From the human T2T-CHM13v2.0 reference genome, Homo sapiens, in NCBI RefSeq assembly GCF_009914755.1, contig NC_060935.1: a stretch of DNA of 64,000 bases; one strand, written 5' to 3'. The position numbers were made by a program, and so were the translations under genes. Below, piece by piece: positions 31,264 to 48,224 of the stretch. The stretch's first letter is position 1. The number at the start of each line of letters is the position of its first letter. Under the pieces are notes generated by a model. The model was not told the DNA's origin. It searched no databases and worked only from the letters and a program-made list of their open reading frames with translations.

Positions 31264-31460
31264 GGCTAGGCATAGGGGCTCACGCCTGTAATCCAACACT
31301 TCAGGAAGCCAAGATAGGTGGATCACTTGAGCCCAGGAGTTTGAGACCAGCCTGGGCAATATGGGGAGACAAACCACATGAGAAAAGAAAGAGAAGACTA
31401 GGAGAAGGAGAGGAGGGAAATGGAGGGGAAGGGAGGGGAGGGAAAGAGACTAAGAGGAGT
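31264..31460 (+). mobile_element. Alu left monomer with polypurine tail, inside a MIR
   Basis: Alu arm 31264-31372, GA-rich tract 31381-31460, MIR on both flanks. Confidence 0.8.
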
Positions 31461-32419
31461 CAAATAGTTTGTCCATGGACATATAGGTAAGAGTGGTGGG
31501 GCCAGGATTCAAACTCGGGCAGTCCACTGCAGAGGGCTCTTCACCACCCAAAAGCCACAGAGGCCCTGGCTGACATGGTGTAGGAGTTTTGGCTGCCACT
31601 CTCTTCCAAGGGCATAGACCCAGAGTGAATGTGTGTTTCCTCTGCCAGTCTCAGTTCCCAGGTGCCTGTCAGTGTAATTCATGGACCACTCAAAGTGTTT
31701 TCAGGAGTTATTTTGGCCACATGCAATTTGTGCTGACATCCAAGCCTAATACCTAAGCAAGGTAATACTCCTCAGAGCAGTGTCTGCTTCTATGTGGACA
31801 AGCAGCTTCCACATCAGGGCACACATCTCAGGCTAAAGAAAACATGGGCTCTGAATGAAGACCCCACATAAGTACACTTGATCTAGAAGAGGCTCTTGCA
31901 TCCCCAGGTTTAAATCAAAACATTAAGCTAGGTCTCCACACTAAACCACCAACACATGCCTGAGAGACCTTGTGCATGCCATATGCTCATTCTTGGCAGT
32001 GTTAGTTTCCTAAGTGTGTAAACAGCGATGGTTTTACAGGACAGGCTTGCTCCCGCATGCACACATTCGCTCTGATACCTGGCACACTTCTCTCCTCAAA
32101 GAGGAAAATCTTGCAGTTTGAAACATTCACTATGCATGAAGCATCACCAGAGGGGCAGTAACACCACATGGGCCTCCCAACAAACTGAAATAGCCAGTCA
32201 ACGGGGCGATTATTGAGGTTTCGCCTTCCTAGCAGAAAATCATCTTGCACGTTGTATAAACATTCCACTGGTGGCTTTGGAGCTTGACAGGAAATGTGTG
32301 GAGTAAGGGAACCAGAGGCAAAAGATCTGATATCTTAATATATTTCATTCATGATGATTTCCACCTTCAGAGAGACAGGAGAGGACAAGGGAGTAGAATT
32401 TTACTTTTTCCTCCCTCTA

Positions 32420-32700
32420 AACCTTCATTCTGAACATGTTCAAACTTAGAGAAATAGAAAGGATAGTGCAATAAATACTCATATACCCTTTACCTAGACT
32501 CACCAATTGTTAACATCTTTTATTTTCTGAACAATTTGAAAGTTGCAAACACATGGCTTCCTCTATCACTATTTCAACATGTATCACCTAAGACAAAAGA
32601 CATTCTTCTATATCACATTGCCATTCTCAAGAAAGTTAATACTGACACAGTAATGTTATCTAATATCAATCCACATCATTATATTCACTCTTAATATTAA
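32420..32700 (-). mobile_element. Old L1M fragment
   Basis: ATACCCTTTACCTAGACTCACCAATTGTTAACAT...GACATTCTTCTATATCAC. Confidence 0.6.
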
Positions 32701-32870
32701 GAGTCAGCAAAACCTCAACTAAATAAAATGATACAATTTGGATTCATTTGTTCGTATAAAAAAATAATTCTAAAACATACCAAAGTCTATTCTCTAAGAA
32801 CAGGAAGTTAACAGTCACATTCTCTAAGAATACAGTTAGGTATTTACAGGTCTCAGCACCATGACTCTAA

Positions 32871-33508
<638 letters not shown>

Positions 33509-33707
33509 TTATCTTTTCCTTTTTATAGACAAATATTACTTTATAGAATTCTTCAAAGAAGTTATTTGGGAAATTCTGCTGTGTGAAAGTTCTGATGAGT
33601 TCAGCACATAGCAGGTACTTAAAGACGCCTCTGGACTGAAGTGAAGCTTGCTTACTAGTTTTCCAGCCATAGCAAGCAATGACAGCTAGCACCATGTCAG
33701 GAAACTT

Positions 33708-33741
33708 AAAAAAAAAAAAAAAAAAAAAAAGAAAGAAAAAA
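33708..33741 (+). repeat. Poly(A) tract (A23 plus A-rich extension) with no visible SINE body
   Basis: Read directly. Confidence 0.9.
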
Positions 33742-34412
33742 AGCAGACGAACTTTAAGAAGACTCAGTAAAGGGCCACTGCGTGTAGGGTACACTTCCCT
33801 GCATGTCTCCCTGAATGAATTCGTCTGTTAGATCCTGGTATCCTAAGTCATAAGGACAACCCAAGTCACCTAGGCTCCTGCAGGCCTGTGCTTCTGTGGG
33901 TGAGAGCCCTCCATCCTGGTATTGTGAGAACTGTTCAACAGCAACCAATGCTCCTAGTGCTCCCTGAAGGTAACAGGTTGCTAGGTCACAAAAAGGAGGA
34001 GTCCAGCACAATTAGGTCACTTCTCTAAAACACCTGTGAGATCAGAACTGAGAAGTGACCAGCCACATTCTCTCAACGAGATCACATGTTTATCCCTACA
34101 TCTTCCCCCACCTCCTCATATGCATAACCTGTATTACCACTACATCCTAAAATGCTTGGAGAACAGCTCACACCCCCAGCACTGAGCTCTTCAGCAGTCT
34201 CCACCATCCAGAATGCAGCCAATGAGCAGGAAATGAAGGAAAGAGTTTGAGCAGTCAACAGAAACGCCATAGACCCTGTTCATGGCTCTCCGAGAGAGGG
34301 CACTACAAATTCTTTCCTTTCACACATTTTCCAAAGTGTAATTTCCCTGGGGACACAGATTGTGCTCTCTTGGTCTGATTCTTATGTTAATGGTTTGAGT
34401 CTGGCCTCATAG

Positions 34413-34724
<312 letters not shown>

Positions 34725-34739
34725 TGACTCTCTAAGTCA

Positions 34740-34960
34740 CAGCATGATGGAATCAAAAGGTGGATTTTTTGGAATCAGGACCCTTTGGGCAAGTTACTTC
34801 ACTTCTCTGTGTCTGGGCCTCCTCATCTGCAAAACGGGGATAACAACAGTAGCTCCGACCTCCTAGGTTACTGTGAGGATTACATGTGTGGACACATGTG
34901 ATGAGCTTGGAATACAGGATACAGGGCAAGCATGCAATGGATGTTTGTGATTATTAGTCA
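34740..34960 (+). mobile_element. MIR
   Basis: TTGGGCAAGTTACTTCACTTCTCTGTG...CCTCATCTGCAAAACGGGGATAA. Confidence 0.8.
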
Positions 34961-35291
34961 TTGCTACTATATGTAAATTTCCAGCCCATCACCTGACACA
35001 TAACAAGTCCTCAAAACAGCCTACTGACTGAAAGAAGATGGCTGATTTTATTTCTCAGGCCACAGCTTGTTTAAAGCAGCAAGAAATGACAGCTAACAGC
35101 ATTAGAAGGGCTTAAACATTTACAACACAAAAAGCAGGCATAAAAACTTAAGACTGCAGTGTGGGGCCATTTAATATTGGGACCAACATTCGATCACATC
35201 TTGGGGTCACTCCCTGAGGGCACAAGCACTGTAAGAATACTCATGGATCTTGAGTCATCAAGAACATAGTCACATCTATGCAGCTCACTCA

Positions 35292-35689
<398 letters not shown>

Positions 35690-35786
35690 TTAAAATTTTA
35701 TTGCAATGACAATGTTTTGGCACTTACAAGGCATGAATGTGCTGCAATCCTGAATGCCTCTATGGTCTGATAGGCTGAGATTTCAG

Positions 35787-36722
35787 CAGAGGCAGATTTA
35801 CTACGAAGCCAAAGAAGCGTAAACTTCAGGCAGCCTCTACTTATACAGGTTGCTTCCAAAACTTCTGGAGGGGGCCTGGCAATGTGTTCACATGGACGTG
35901 TGTTTTTTTGCCAAAGTAAGATTAGCCACTGTCAGTTGATACCATTGTCTCTTTCCACTGCAACTGACCACATGTTCCCATGCATTGGGTGGGCATTTTG
36001 GGGACCTTGTTGAAGGAAATTGAGTTGGGGATACAGTCAGCTGGGTTCAGTGGTTAGCAGTCACATCCACTTAGAGTTAATACATCACTAACAATCCCTT
36101 ATGCCAATGACTTCCAGAAGGACTCCTATTGCAAAATGTGTTATGACACAAGGGTGCAGGTCAGAGGTTATATCAAGATATGAACGGGCATTACCGTGCT
36201 CAACACCAGAGGCAGTGCTGGGAGCAGAGGAGAAACGAAACTCATGACGGACAGAGTCAGAAGCTAGGCTTGTGGAAAGTTCTTCCAAATCTCACTGCTC
36301 AGAAATGAAAGAAACGTGGCCACGATTTCCCCAAATTTGACAACAATCCTAATACTTGACATCACCAATAATGAGTTATGAAGTTAAAAAAAAAAATTTT
36401 CAAAACCATTGGAGAAAAGAAAAACAAACTTTTGGTTAACTATTTTAAAGGGAAGTCTCAATTGTTCCTTTAGAAAACAGTACAGAATCATTGTCATAGG
36501 AAGAGGTGATCAGAGTCAAAAAAAAAAAGATGGGGAAAAACAGTATTGTCAAGGTGTGTCAGGCAGTTAAAGTTATTGATTTGTGATATGTGTGTCAGCT
36601 TTAACAAATTTTTCTCATTTTAAATAAATATTCACTTTTATATCTCATTGTGCATTTGTAATTTTGGATTCTTTTCCTTAACTGTATTAACTTCAGGTGT
36701 CAGGAAACCCGGATCACTCCTG
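35787..36722 (+). mobile_element. hAT-Tip100 (Zaphod/MER115-like) DNA transposon fossil
   Basis: Degenerate inverted ends CAGAGGCAGATTT...GGATCACTCCTG; frameshifted hAT C-terminal dimerisation-domain remnant (PNLTTIL / TSPIMSYE / LENSTESLS*EEVI) at about 36320-36520. Confidence 0.7.
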
Positions 36723-36909
36723 ACAGCGGCCTAGCGATCACTTGGGCTTGACCTTGACATTGAGTAACAGTGATAGTAACTTCTATTACATTGAGCAATC
36801 GCCCTGCATCTAAAAGGGGGAGGAGCACAGTATGTATGTCTCCTGCTCATCAATGACAGGAGCTCAGGGAGGAAAGCACTGAGAGCCCAGGAAGGGCTCG
36901 AGAAGTAAT

Positions 36910-37615
36910 CCCTCATCCATATGCAGATGACTTTCAAATCCTTATCTTCAGATCCATTATCCCATTTTCACTTTACCACTTTATTATTCCACAGATACCC
37001 TAAACTTGGCCCCTGTCCTGTGTCTCTCCCTCTCTCAATTAAAGCTCCAGCATCTACCCTGCTGTGAGTGCCAGAAATGTGAGTCCCGATTCACCTACCC
37101 CTCCCTGCAACCCTCTGAGTTTCGAATCAACTTCCAAATCTGTCACTGCTGCTTCTCTCTACCGCCACCCTCACGTCCCCAAGCTTGCCTTGCCTCTCCC
37201 CTGAAGTACTCCATGGTGCCCTTGTGGGTTTCCTCCTCACACACCTATCCCTCCAGCCAGAGCAAGCCCTCCTTTCAGAGCACAGTTCTGACCACATCAA
37301 CCTCCGCTGCATCCCTCCAGCCTTTAAGTTCCTGTTCTTTTCAGCCTCAGGGCCCCTCACACATGCTGTTCCCTTTCCTTGCACCTCCCTCACCCCCCAG
37401 CACCCTCCCTCTGCTAGTCAAGTCCTCCTACCCAACTGGGTCACGGACCCCTGTTTAAGAAGGAACATGGCTCTCCTCCGTGGGTGGACTGCATGGAGGT
37501 TATGCTCTTTAATGTGCGTCTCCTTCATTAATCCACTGATGGTCACCTGCATCTCATATCCTTAGTCCCTTGCACAGCTCCCCACACGACACACTCAAAA
37601 ACAGCTGTGAGAGCA
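36910..37615 (+). mobile_element. LINE-2 fragment with RT YADD motif
   Basis: TAT GCA GAT GAC (YADD) at 36920-36931, followed by pyrimidine-rich L2-like sequence. Confidence 0.65.
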
Positions 37616-38565
37616 AATGTGTGCATTTGTGCTGTTTTTGGAAGGGAAGCAATTTCCCCGGTGGTCCCTCTCTTCAGCCAAGGTCCTGATGGAGGATACC
37701 AGTCAGACTTGTGCTGGTCCTGAGGAAACCACAGAGAGATGCCGTTTCTCCATGTCAAAGGGGCTGTATGCACAGCCTGACCCCTTCCACTGCCTTCAGT
37801 TTCTGACCTTCTTGGCCTTGGGAGAAGAGGCGGCTCCTCAGAGCTCTAGCTTTCACTGGCTCCAGGATGCTGCATCTCGTTCCAGGGGACCCTGACAGAC
37901 CTCATGCACACCCTGGCTTGTCAGGCCCCGGAAGGGCTGTCTGACCTCCTAAGAGCTGCCACCTGTGAGGTGAAGCTGGACAGGAACTTAACACTTCCAT
38001 GCTGCAGACCCAGAAAAGCACATTGCAAGTGCTTCTAAATTTATCTGCTGGCAAGAAATCTAAAAATACTGAAGGTGATATTTAGTCCTGAGAACACCAG
38101 AGTGGCTGGGATAGGCCTCAGCTGTCCTCATCATTACCCTCAGCTCCAAACCAATCCAAATAAGCTCACTCTAAAAACATCTCATCTTGCAGTGCAAAGG
38201 GTGCTTCAAACAAGTCCCTCGGCCACTCTCGGAACCAGATTAAGGCAGAGCGCCTCACGTAAATAGAAATTCTGAAGCCGCTGCTAATATTTTGAGAGAG
38301 AGGGAGAGAGAGAACACATAATACTTTCAGAGATAAGCTGAGGTTGTTCTCCAGGCCGAGTATAAAATCTTTTTTGAAAAGAAGGTGTCCATTTATACTG
38401 GGAGGCACTTATTTAAGCCCAGCCCCAGTTACTAGTATTCTTTCCTAGGGTAATTATTACACTTTTCTCTTTTGAGATAAACCCTACAGTAAAGGATGGA
38501 ACAGGTGCTACAAGTGAGCAATCAACTACTACTCTGCTGGAGCAGGACTTCTAATGACCCGTTCA

Positions 38566-39028
<463 letters not shown>

Positions 39029-39438
39029 TCATTCATTTCAGAGGGTCTCTACGAGGCAAGTGATGTTGGACTTAGGGCCAGAAGATTCAGGCTCAAATTG
39101 GGCGAGTTTTCTGCACTATAAACCGGGGGTGGTGACTGCTGTAGGGGGTCACCTTGAGGATTATAAGGGATAAACAAGATGAAAGCACATTGCTGGCCAT
39201 TCCGCAGGGCTTGACAGGGATACGCAGCTTCGGAACCCAGTTTCTGGCTTTTGTGCCCAGGAGAGCATTCAGCGCTTTATTATTTCTGAATCAAAAAGTT
39301 TATTCTCTAAACTGTATCCAGGGTCAGATTGGTTTGCAATCCTCAGAGTTCCCATTTGTTCTTTCATCTCTCAGCTGGTCTAAGAGAAAATAAGCCCACT
39401 CCTCTGAACAATGCTGTGTATTGGGTTCTACTATTCTC

Positions 39439-39590
39439 TTTTTGGAGACAGGGTCCCACTCTGTCACCCAGTTTGGAGGGCAGGGGTGCAATCATGGCTC
39501 ACTGCAGCCTTGACCTCCTGGGCTCAGGCAAGCCTCTCACCTCAGCCTTCCGAAGTGCTGGGATTACAGGCGTGTGCCACTATGCTGGGC
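39439..39590 (-). mobile_element. Alu monomer (FAM/FRAM-like) next to MIR
   Basis: TSD TACTATTCTC at 39429-39438 and 39591-39600. Confidence 0.85.
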
Positions 39591-41441
39591 TACTATTCTC
39601 ATTTTATAGGAGAAATCGCCTCAGAAGGGGTAACTTGTGTTAGGTTACAAAGCTAGCAAGTGGCAGAGCTGGGGCCTGAAACACAGGCCTAAATGATTCT
39701 AAAATCCATGTTCTTAGAAGAAAAAAAGAAAAAAGAAAGAATAGAAAAGACCCAATTTCTTAGCAAGTGAAACTACCTGCACTAAAATTAAATCTATATT
39801 CATGATTTAGAAATGGTCCAGGAACTGAAAGAGTTAACAATAGCTCACTGTCAGTGGAACAATTTATACAGGAGCCCATGTGCATTTTCTTGCTCAAGGG
39901 TTTCTGGAACCTTCCCTGGAATTAGGTCAGCAGCTGGAGAGCAGCTAGCAGTGGAAAGAGGAGTAACAGAATGACCAGACACCCCAACCGCTTCTGGTGC
40001 TGGCTCTGAAAGGCTGGCTCCCGGACAGACGGAGTGTCCCATTGGGCCGGCTCCCGAGCACCTCAGCTGTCTCCTGGGTAGGATGTGGTCTGACCACATT
40101 CTTTGAAGTGTATGGTAGCTCCTTACAAGCCACCTGGCTGAGAAGGCAAGCCAGCAACCCCAGCAGCAACCTGCACCACCATCAGGCCCCCCAGAGAGTG
40201 CCACCTCCTGCCCCTTGGGGCCCAGGCTCCCCGGAGAAGCAGAAGCTCTTTTGGCCTCATACACAGCCCAGTCATTGTAACCCAGACCATTGGACAAGGA
40301 GGATGTGCGGAGAATATCTCAAACGCCCTGAGAGATGGAGTTGTTACAATACACATTTCATGTAGACGGTGATATCAGCCATGCCACGAAAGTGGGAGAG
40401 ATGCCACTGGGAGGGCGCACCTGCCTCAGTTTCTTCATCTGTAAAATAGAGGTTATGATAGGACTTTGCAACTCTACGGAGAAACAAGTGGATCTGTGTA
40501 AAGCACTCAGTGCCTGATGATGAACACACACTCACTATGTCCAACTATTATTACTAGTATTTCTTACCACCCTTATAATCATAGATTCTCTGTGTAAAAG
40601 CCCTCCCCACCGTCCTCAGCAAGGGACTTGCCCCAGCACTGCTGACGTTAAGGCCGAGTTCTCCTTCAAGGTGGGGCAGGTTGGAGGGCACAACCTGGCT
40701 CCCACACGGTCCTAGGGTGTGGGTGCTGCCTGTTATGTGGTGAATGGATAAACATGCTCTGGAAACCGAGGGGGCTGGAGGTCCCCAAATTTACAACAGC
40801 AAAGGAGAGGGGCTAATGCTGGTCACAGAGTGATGAGGGAAACTACTACCTGAGATACTCCCATGCAGGTGGCTTTAATTCCCTGATATCCAGCACCCCA
40901 AAACCCTCGAGGGTCATGTGGAAGGCTGGATAGATGGCCATGTCGCATGCCCAAGAGATCTTCCAGAGCAGCTGGTCTCACCAGACTTGAGGCTGTTCTT
41001 CTCGGATATGCTGAAACAGAGAAGAGGCTTCTGCAACCTGTTCACTAAGTGGGTCAGAGATTAGACTCTAACCTCGATGAGGGCGGGACCAGGTCTGTTT
41101 TTCTTACTAGGGTATCTGTACTCCAAGGCTGAGCCAGCGCTTGGCACATAGTCCATGTTCAATAGTATTTGTTGCATGAAGAAAGGAATGACTAGAAAAG
41201 TCAAATAGATGTGTGTGTTTTAAGGACCTACCATGTGACACACCTGTGCTAGGTGCCACAGGGGCATGATCTTTTCTTCTCTGCACACAGCTGCAAGGGA
41301 GAGGTGCTGATGGCTCTCTTTTGAGAGGAGGACACTGAGGCTAGGAGGTCAGTGTCCCCTCAGACCAAGGGCTCATGACTGGTGAGTGGCAGAGCTCAAC
41401 CTCCCCCTGGTATCCGATGCTGGTGCCTGGATCCTCTTAGA

Positions 41442-41615
41442 AGGACTGGCTAGATAATTTTCAGGGTCCAGATCAAAATGAAAATGGGAGGCTCCTTGTT
41501 CAAAAATTAAGAATTTCAAGGCAGTGATAGCTGATCATTAAGCCAAGTGTGGAGCCCTTCTGAGTGGGGGGCCCTGTGTGACAGCACAGGCTGAGAGTCC
41601 ATGAGGCTAACCCTG
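41442..41615 (-). mobile_element. MER45A-like hAT-Tip100 element
   Basis: CCTTGTTCAAAAATTAAGAATTTCAAG...GGGCCCTGTGTGAC; 8-bp flanks CTCTTAGA and TTCTGAGA (6/8 match). Confidence 0.8.
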
Positions 41616-44216
41616 TTCTGAGAGGCTGAGGGTGATGCCGCACTTACAAGGTACAGTCAGCCCCTGTGATGGCCCTAATGGTTTCCATGTTGCCAAGCTC
41701 CAACCCAACACTCCAAATGACTTCCCCAGAAAGGCCGCTGCAGATTATCTTACCCTCTTTTCAAAAAACAAAGACTGGAAAAGTCCTCGCCAGAAGGGCT
41801 CAAAATTCCATATTAAAAAGAGGCCTGCACTCGCGCGAGCCTGCCTTCTGGACAGTGCATTTGCATGAGGCCACGTGAGCGCAGACACTGTCTGTGGAAA
41901 CAAGCACGCCTGGCATTTGGAAACTAACTGGGACCAGACCCTTGGTCGAGGAGCCCCAAATTACCACAGAGCAAGTCTCCTGATTAAAACCAGGGCACTG
42001 AGGTTCCTGGGTTTCACTGAATAAACACGCCCAGTTCAGGCTGACTGGTTTCAGCTGATGGGGAGAAATGAGTCTATTTGAAATAACCTGTGTCCGGGGC
42101 CATCCTGACATGGGGCTCTGAGGGTCTGGGGCTTGGCTTTCCGAGGTTTAGAAGCCCATCTTTGGGAGGTTTTTGAGACAAAGGAAAGCTGTATTGGGCA
42201 GCTAAAAAGCTCTGGGGAATACAGGCCCCAATCATTCATGAGGAGGAATGGAAACAATTAGATTGATTCCAGGGATGTGTTCTGGGTTCCCATTCTCCTC
42301 TCCTGGCATCCAGTGCCTGTCTCCTCCATCCCTCCTCCCCTGCCCCAATCATAGCTCACCCTCGGCGCTGAGCAGACATGGGCAGGGAGAGAAGGGCACA
42401 TTCTGGCTGGCCGTAGCCCGGAGGCTTTACTGTGGTAAGTATAGTTCTGAAATGCGCAGGTCTCCTTAAATTCAATTTCCCTTTTCCTATCAGAAATGAC
42501 ACGAGCAGCCACCCCCCAGGTTTCCAGCTGCCTTTCATGGCAGGCTCTCAGTGCTTCTGACACACAGAATTCCCAACACCTGTGCCAGCCAGGTGCCAGG
42601 CATCTACCCCTCACAGTGGAGAAACCTGAGGTGGCTTAGCATAACTTCTTCAAGGCGAGCTTATGCGGCAATTTCTAACCAGTCATCGTCAAACTGCTGA
42701 TTAAATGTTTGCAGTTAAAATGTTAAGAACAAAAGAAAAAATATGTTGCTTTGTTTTATCCAACACTTGACAAGAACTAACTTTGGGATCAAGTGGCCAG
42801 GGTTGCTAGAACAAGGCTAAAAATGCCGATGTTCCTCTGCTTCACTCACACTGCAGCAAGGAAACTAACATTCCAGACACCCCGTCCCTGGGCAAGGAGG
42901 AGGGGAGACAGCCCTCACTGACAGCACCCAACGTGAGGCTGTGTTTTGTGGTCAGTCCCAGATTCTGGCCATCACAGTGGCACGGATCATACGGACACTG
43001 CAAAAGTCGCAAATGGCTCCCTTTCATCCTTTCTTTCAACCATCAGCAAACTGGGGCTCTCTGGATAGACAAGAACTCCTCACAGTAGGTTAGCACTCGC
43101 CTTTCAGCAATGATTTCATTTTAAACTCAACTTCAGATCCAGCCCAGCTCTGACTATAATCACAGTGGATGGGCTGAGCCTTCTGCTCCTCTGGGAGGTA
43201 AAAGATACTCACTGGATCATTTCCTGCACTCTGCTCTTTTGCTACCCCAAAACCCACAGGCTTGTCAGTGACCGAGTGGCAAACGTGTTTGTCGCAAATA
43301 TTTCATCATCAACTACAAGGCTGAGCAGTGAAAATACCAAGGCCAAGTTGCTGTTGCCACTGGTGCTGCTGAAGCCCAGCTTTAAGATAATCCATGAGCC
43401 CCAGAATATGTTTTTAAAAAAAAATACAGTGTGTACTTGAATGTGATAAAAACCGCACCAATAACAACTGCACACACAGAGTTTCCAAGAATAAATAAAG
43501 CTTGGCTGAGCCTGTCCTAATTGACTACATTAAGGGTATACAAAGGACCTGTGTGTGACCAAGACAGTGGTAGCACAGAAGATATGTGGGAAGCTTGTGA
43601 TACAGTTCTTACCCTGGACACACTAATGACCTCACTGGGGAAGCCCGGGAGGCACATGGGAAAGAACAGAAAGATCTGGACGAAACACTCCAGCCCCATC
43701 AGTGTCTGCTTCAAAACTACTGTGCCTGAGGTACTCAGGGCGGTAGAGGCACAAAGCCTGTTTGATTCTGCTCTGCTCATAGGCAACTGACTACAAAACC
43801 AACAGAACTAGAACAATTCCAACCAGAGACACATGCAAGAACCCTTGGTACTTCATGCCATAGGTTTTTGGATGTTTAACAAAGACATGACCTCTCTTGT
43901 GTAAGTTAAACATGTCACCTGTGCCATCTGTTTATATTCTAGATATGCCTGATGAGCCTGGCTTAGGCAATCTTGCCCTCTGATTCCACTGCCCTCTGTT
44001 CAGATCTCCATCACAATCATTAGTACAGTGTTTACAGGCTTTCTACCCTGGAGACTATAATCTTCCTGGGCAAGGGAGTTGGGGGTTTGTCTCCTCTCCC
44101 GCATCTTGTATTTTTCCCTTGATTGCGCTCTGCCCACAGACTGCTCAATAAGGGGGCACTGGCAATGAGAGTGCGAAAACAGTAAGAGAAACACTTGGTC
44201 AACGAAATTAAGAATG

Positions 44217-45165
<949 letters not shown>

Positions 45166-46389
45166 AAGGAATGACTTATTTTAAAGGCAACCCAGAGACC
45201 ATCTAGAAAAGTCATTCTCAACACTTTCCCAAGGAGGAAGCTTGGGGTCTGAGGGACCAAGGGACTGGTCTAAGGACACTCAGTTGGCTCGTGGCAGGGC
45301 CAGGATGGACCTGAGTCTCAGCTACTAAATACACAATGACGTCATAATAAAAATTCCAACTTAGATTTCTAGGCAGTTGAAAGAAGGTGGTTTTACTAGA
45401 CTGTGAATCAGCCAGTAAGTACAGAGTCCAAGAGTCCAGAGGATTATTTTCCATTTAATGCCAGCTGGGGAGTCAGAACTCAATGTTCTGAGTTGGGAGG
45501 TGACCCATAATGTGATAAGGATCCAGCATGTTGCTCTCAGGTCATCCTTGGGCAGCTTAACCACTAGTCTAAGTAATCTATAAACCCCCCTGTTTGGAGA
45601 AACAAGATGTTTTGATGGAGAAATACCAAGAAGTGTCATCTCAGGGCTAAGGAAGGAAGCTTGCATGCCTTTCAAAGGAACTGCCCAGTTATTAGCCTGA
45701 GTCAGCTGTAATGTCAAAGGCACCTCTTTCCAGACTGAAATCCTGGAGCCAGAGACTGGCACTGTCTTAGCAAGGATGATGGCCAAGGCCCCTGGAGCTG
45801 GGGGATAACATCTTGTCAGCCCCACAGAGTAATAGGAACAGCGCTGGAGTAGACACCACCTCAGACTCTACAACAGATGACCCAGGGAAAGGCAATGAAA
45901 TGAAATAAAATGCTTCCTGGATCTGACACACAAGAAGCCTTGGCTCAGGCCTTCTTCCCCACAACCCCACCGACTTCAGATGGTCATTATACAGCCAGGT
46001 GAAGAAGGTCACAGAGACCTCCCCCTTTGTGATAAAGTCAGAAGAGACCCCAAAGCTTACTGGGATCTCTTTTGGCTTTATCATAAAGGGGCAGGTCCCA
46101 CCAGGACCAGCTGATGCCTGCACTGGCCAGTATCTAGGCAGCAGGGGAGGAGAAACCTAGGTGTGGGATAGCTCCAAGCCAAGGACAGGTTTGGGACAAA
46201 AAGGGAACAGCCAACATACACCAAGTATATGCAGTGCTGTCTGTCACCTCTGAAGTCATTACCAAGGCGGGCTGTGGAGTCAGCCAGACCTGAGCGTGAG
46301 CTTCCCACTGTCACTCTTCACACTGTGTGGTAAGTTATTTAACCCCTCCCAGCCTCTGTTTTATCAGCTGGAAAATGAGACACCAGGAC

Positions 46390-46777
<388 letters not shown>

Positions 46778-47616
46778 ACTTTTTAGAGAGCAGGTGTATT
46801 AAAATGAGCTAGTGAGTATAAAGCATTTAGTTCAGTACTTGAAACATACTAATCTATTAGCACACGTTACTTAATTTTATTTTTATTCTTAACACACAGC
46901 TCACTCCCTGAGATCTCTAACAGAGCTGCATATGATTTATGTCTCCCCAAAATATGTGCACAGATGACCCAAATAGAAATTTAATTCTGGCTTTGGAAGG
47001 CACTCAGGTTTTGAGAAAAGAGCAGATTTTATTTCTTAAGGATGTTACCCTTGGGCTAACATTTGAATGCTTTGTATTTCCTGGGGGAATTGAAGTCAGA
47101 AGGCAGGGTCCTAAAAATGTACTCAGTGGCCGAAGCAGTCTGGTTGATGATTAAAACCTTATCCCTGGATGATCTGAGCTGAAAAGGCCATTTCAGCTGT
47201 AGACCATTTCAATGCCTCCACAGGTGTACAGAGATTTATGATAAAAGTCACTTGGATGGATATACCTCACCACAGTAGAATTTCTTCTCCAAAGCAAAGT
47301 AGAACTTGAAAGCTCAAGGTGCCATTGGGTGGGCTGGCTGCCTCTTGAATTCTCTCACCTAACCTTCACGAAGGACTTACCCCACAGGCAGGCATATGGG
47401 TGTCGTGTGTCCACATTAGACGTCCGTGGAACTCTCTAGAACATACCAGACTAACTTTATCTCCCCTGGGCAATCCCAGCTCACTACTGAGAATGCCTTA
47501 CTTCTGGTTAGCAAGCAGCACATTCAAGCTTGCCAATCTTCCCCAATACCATTTGTATCTGTCTTTCAGCCAATGTGCACCAAAATCTTCCACAAAGTTT
47601 TACTTTGCGCCATTTA

Positions 47617-48034
<418 letters not shown>

Positions 48035-48224
48035 TCATGAGAGTGTGCCATATTCAATTGAAGTTCAACAGGAAAAAGGAGAAATATTCACCAACCAATT
48101 GGAAAAAATAAAAACAGTGGTTTAAGCAAGAGAATAAGGATAGACTTTAAAGGTTACTTCTTTTCTGTCTCAAAGTAAATAAAAACCTATTAGAGACAAT
48201 ATTGCTTTATCCAGAAAGATGCCT

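Noticed and set aside
33754-34011. Protein-like 85-aa minus-strand ORF with a possible acceptor (TTACCTTCAG)
   Set aside because: No recognisable homology and no convincing donor site; it cannot be supported without a database search.
37006-37565. Ser/Pro-rich 126-150 aa ORFs
   Set aside because: They result from the pyrimidine-rich composition of a decayed L2.
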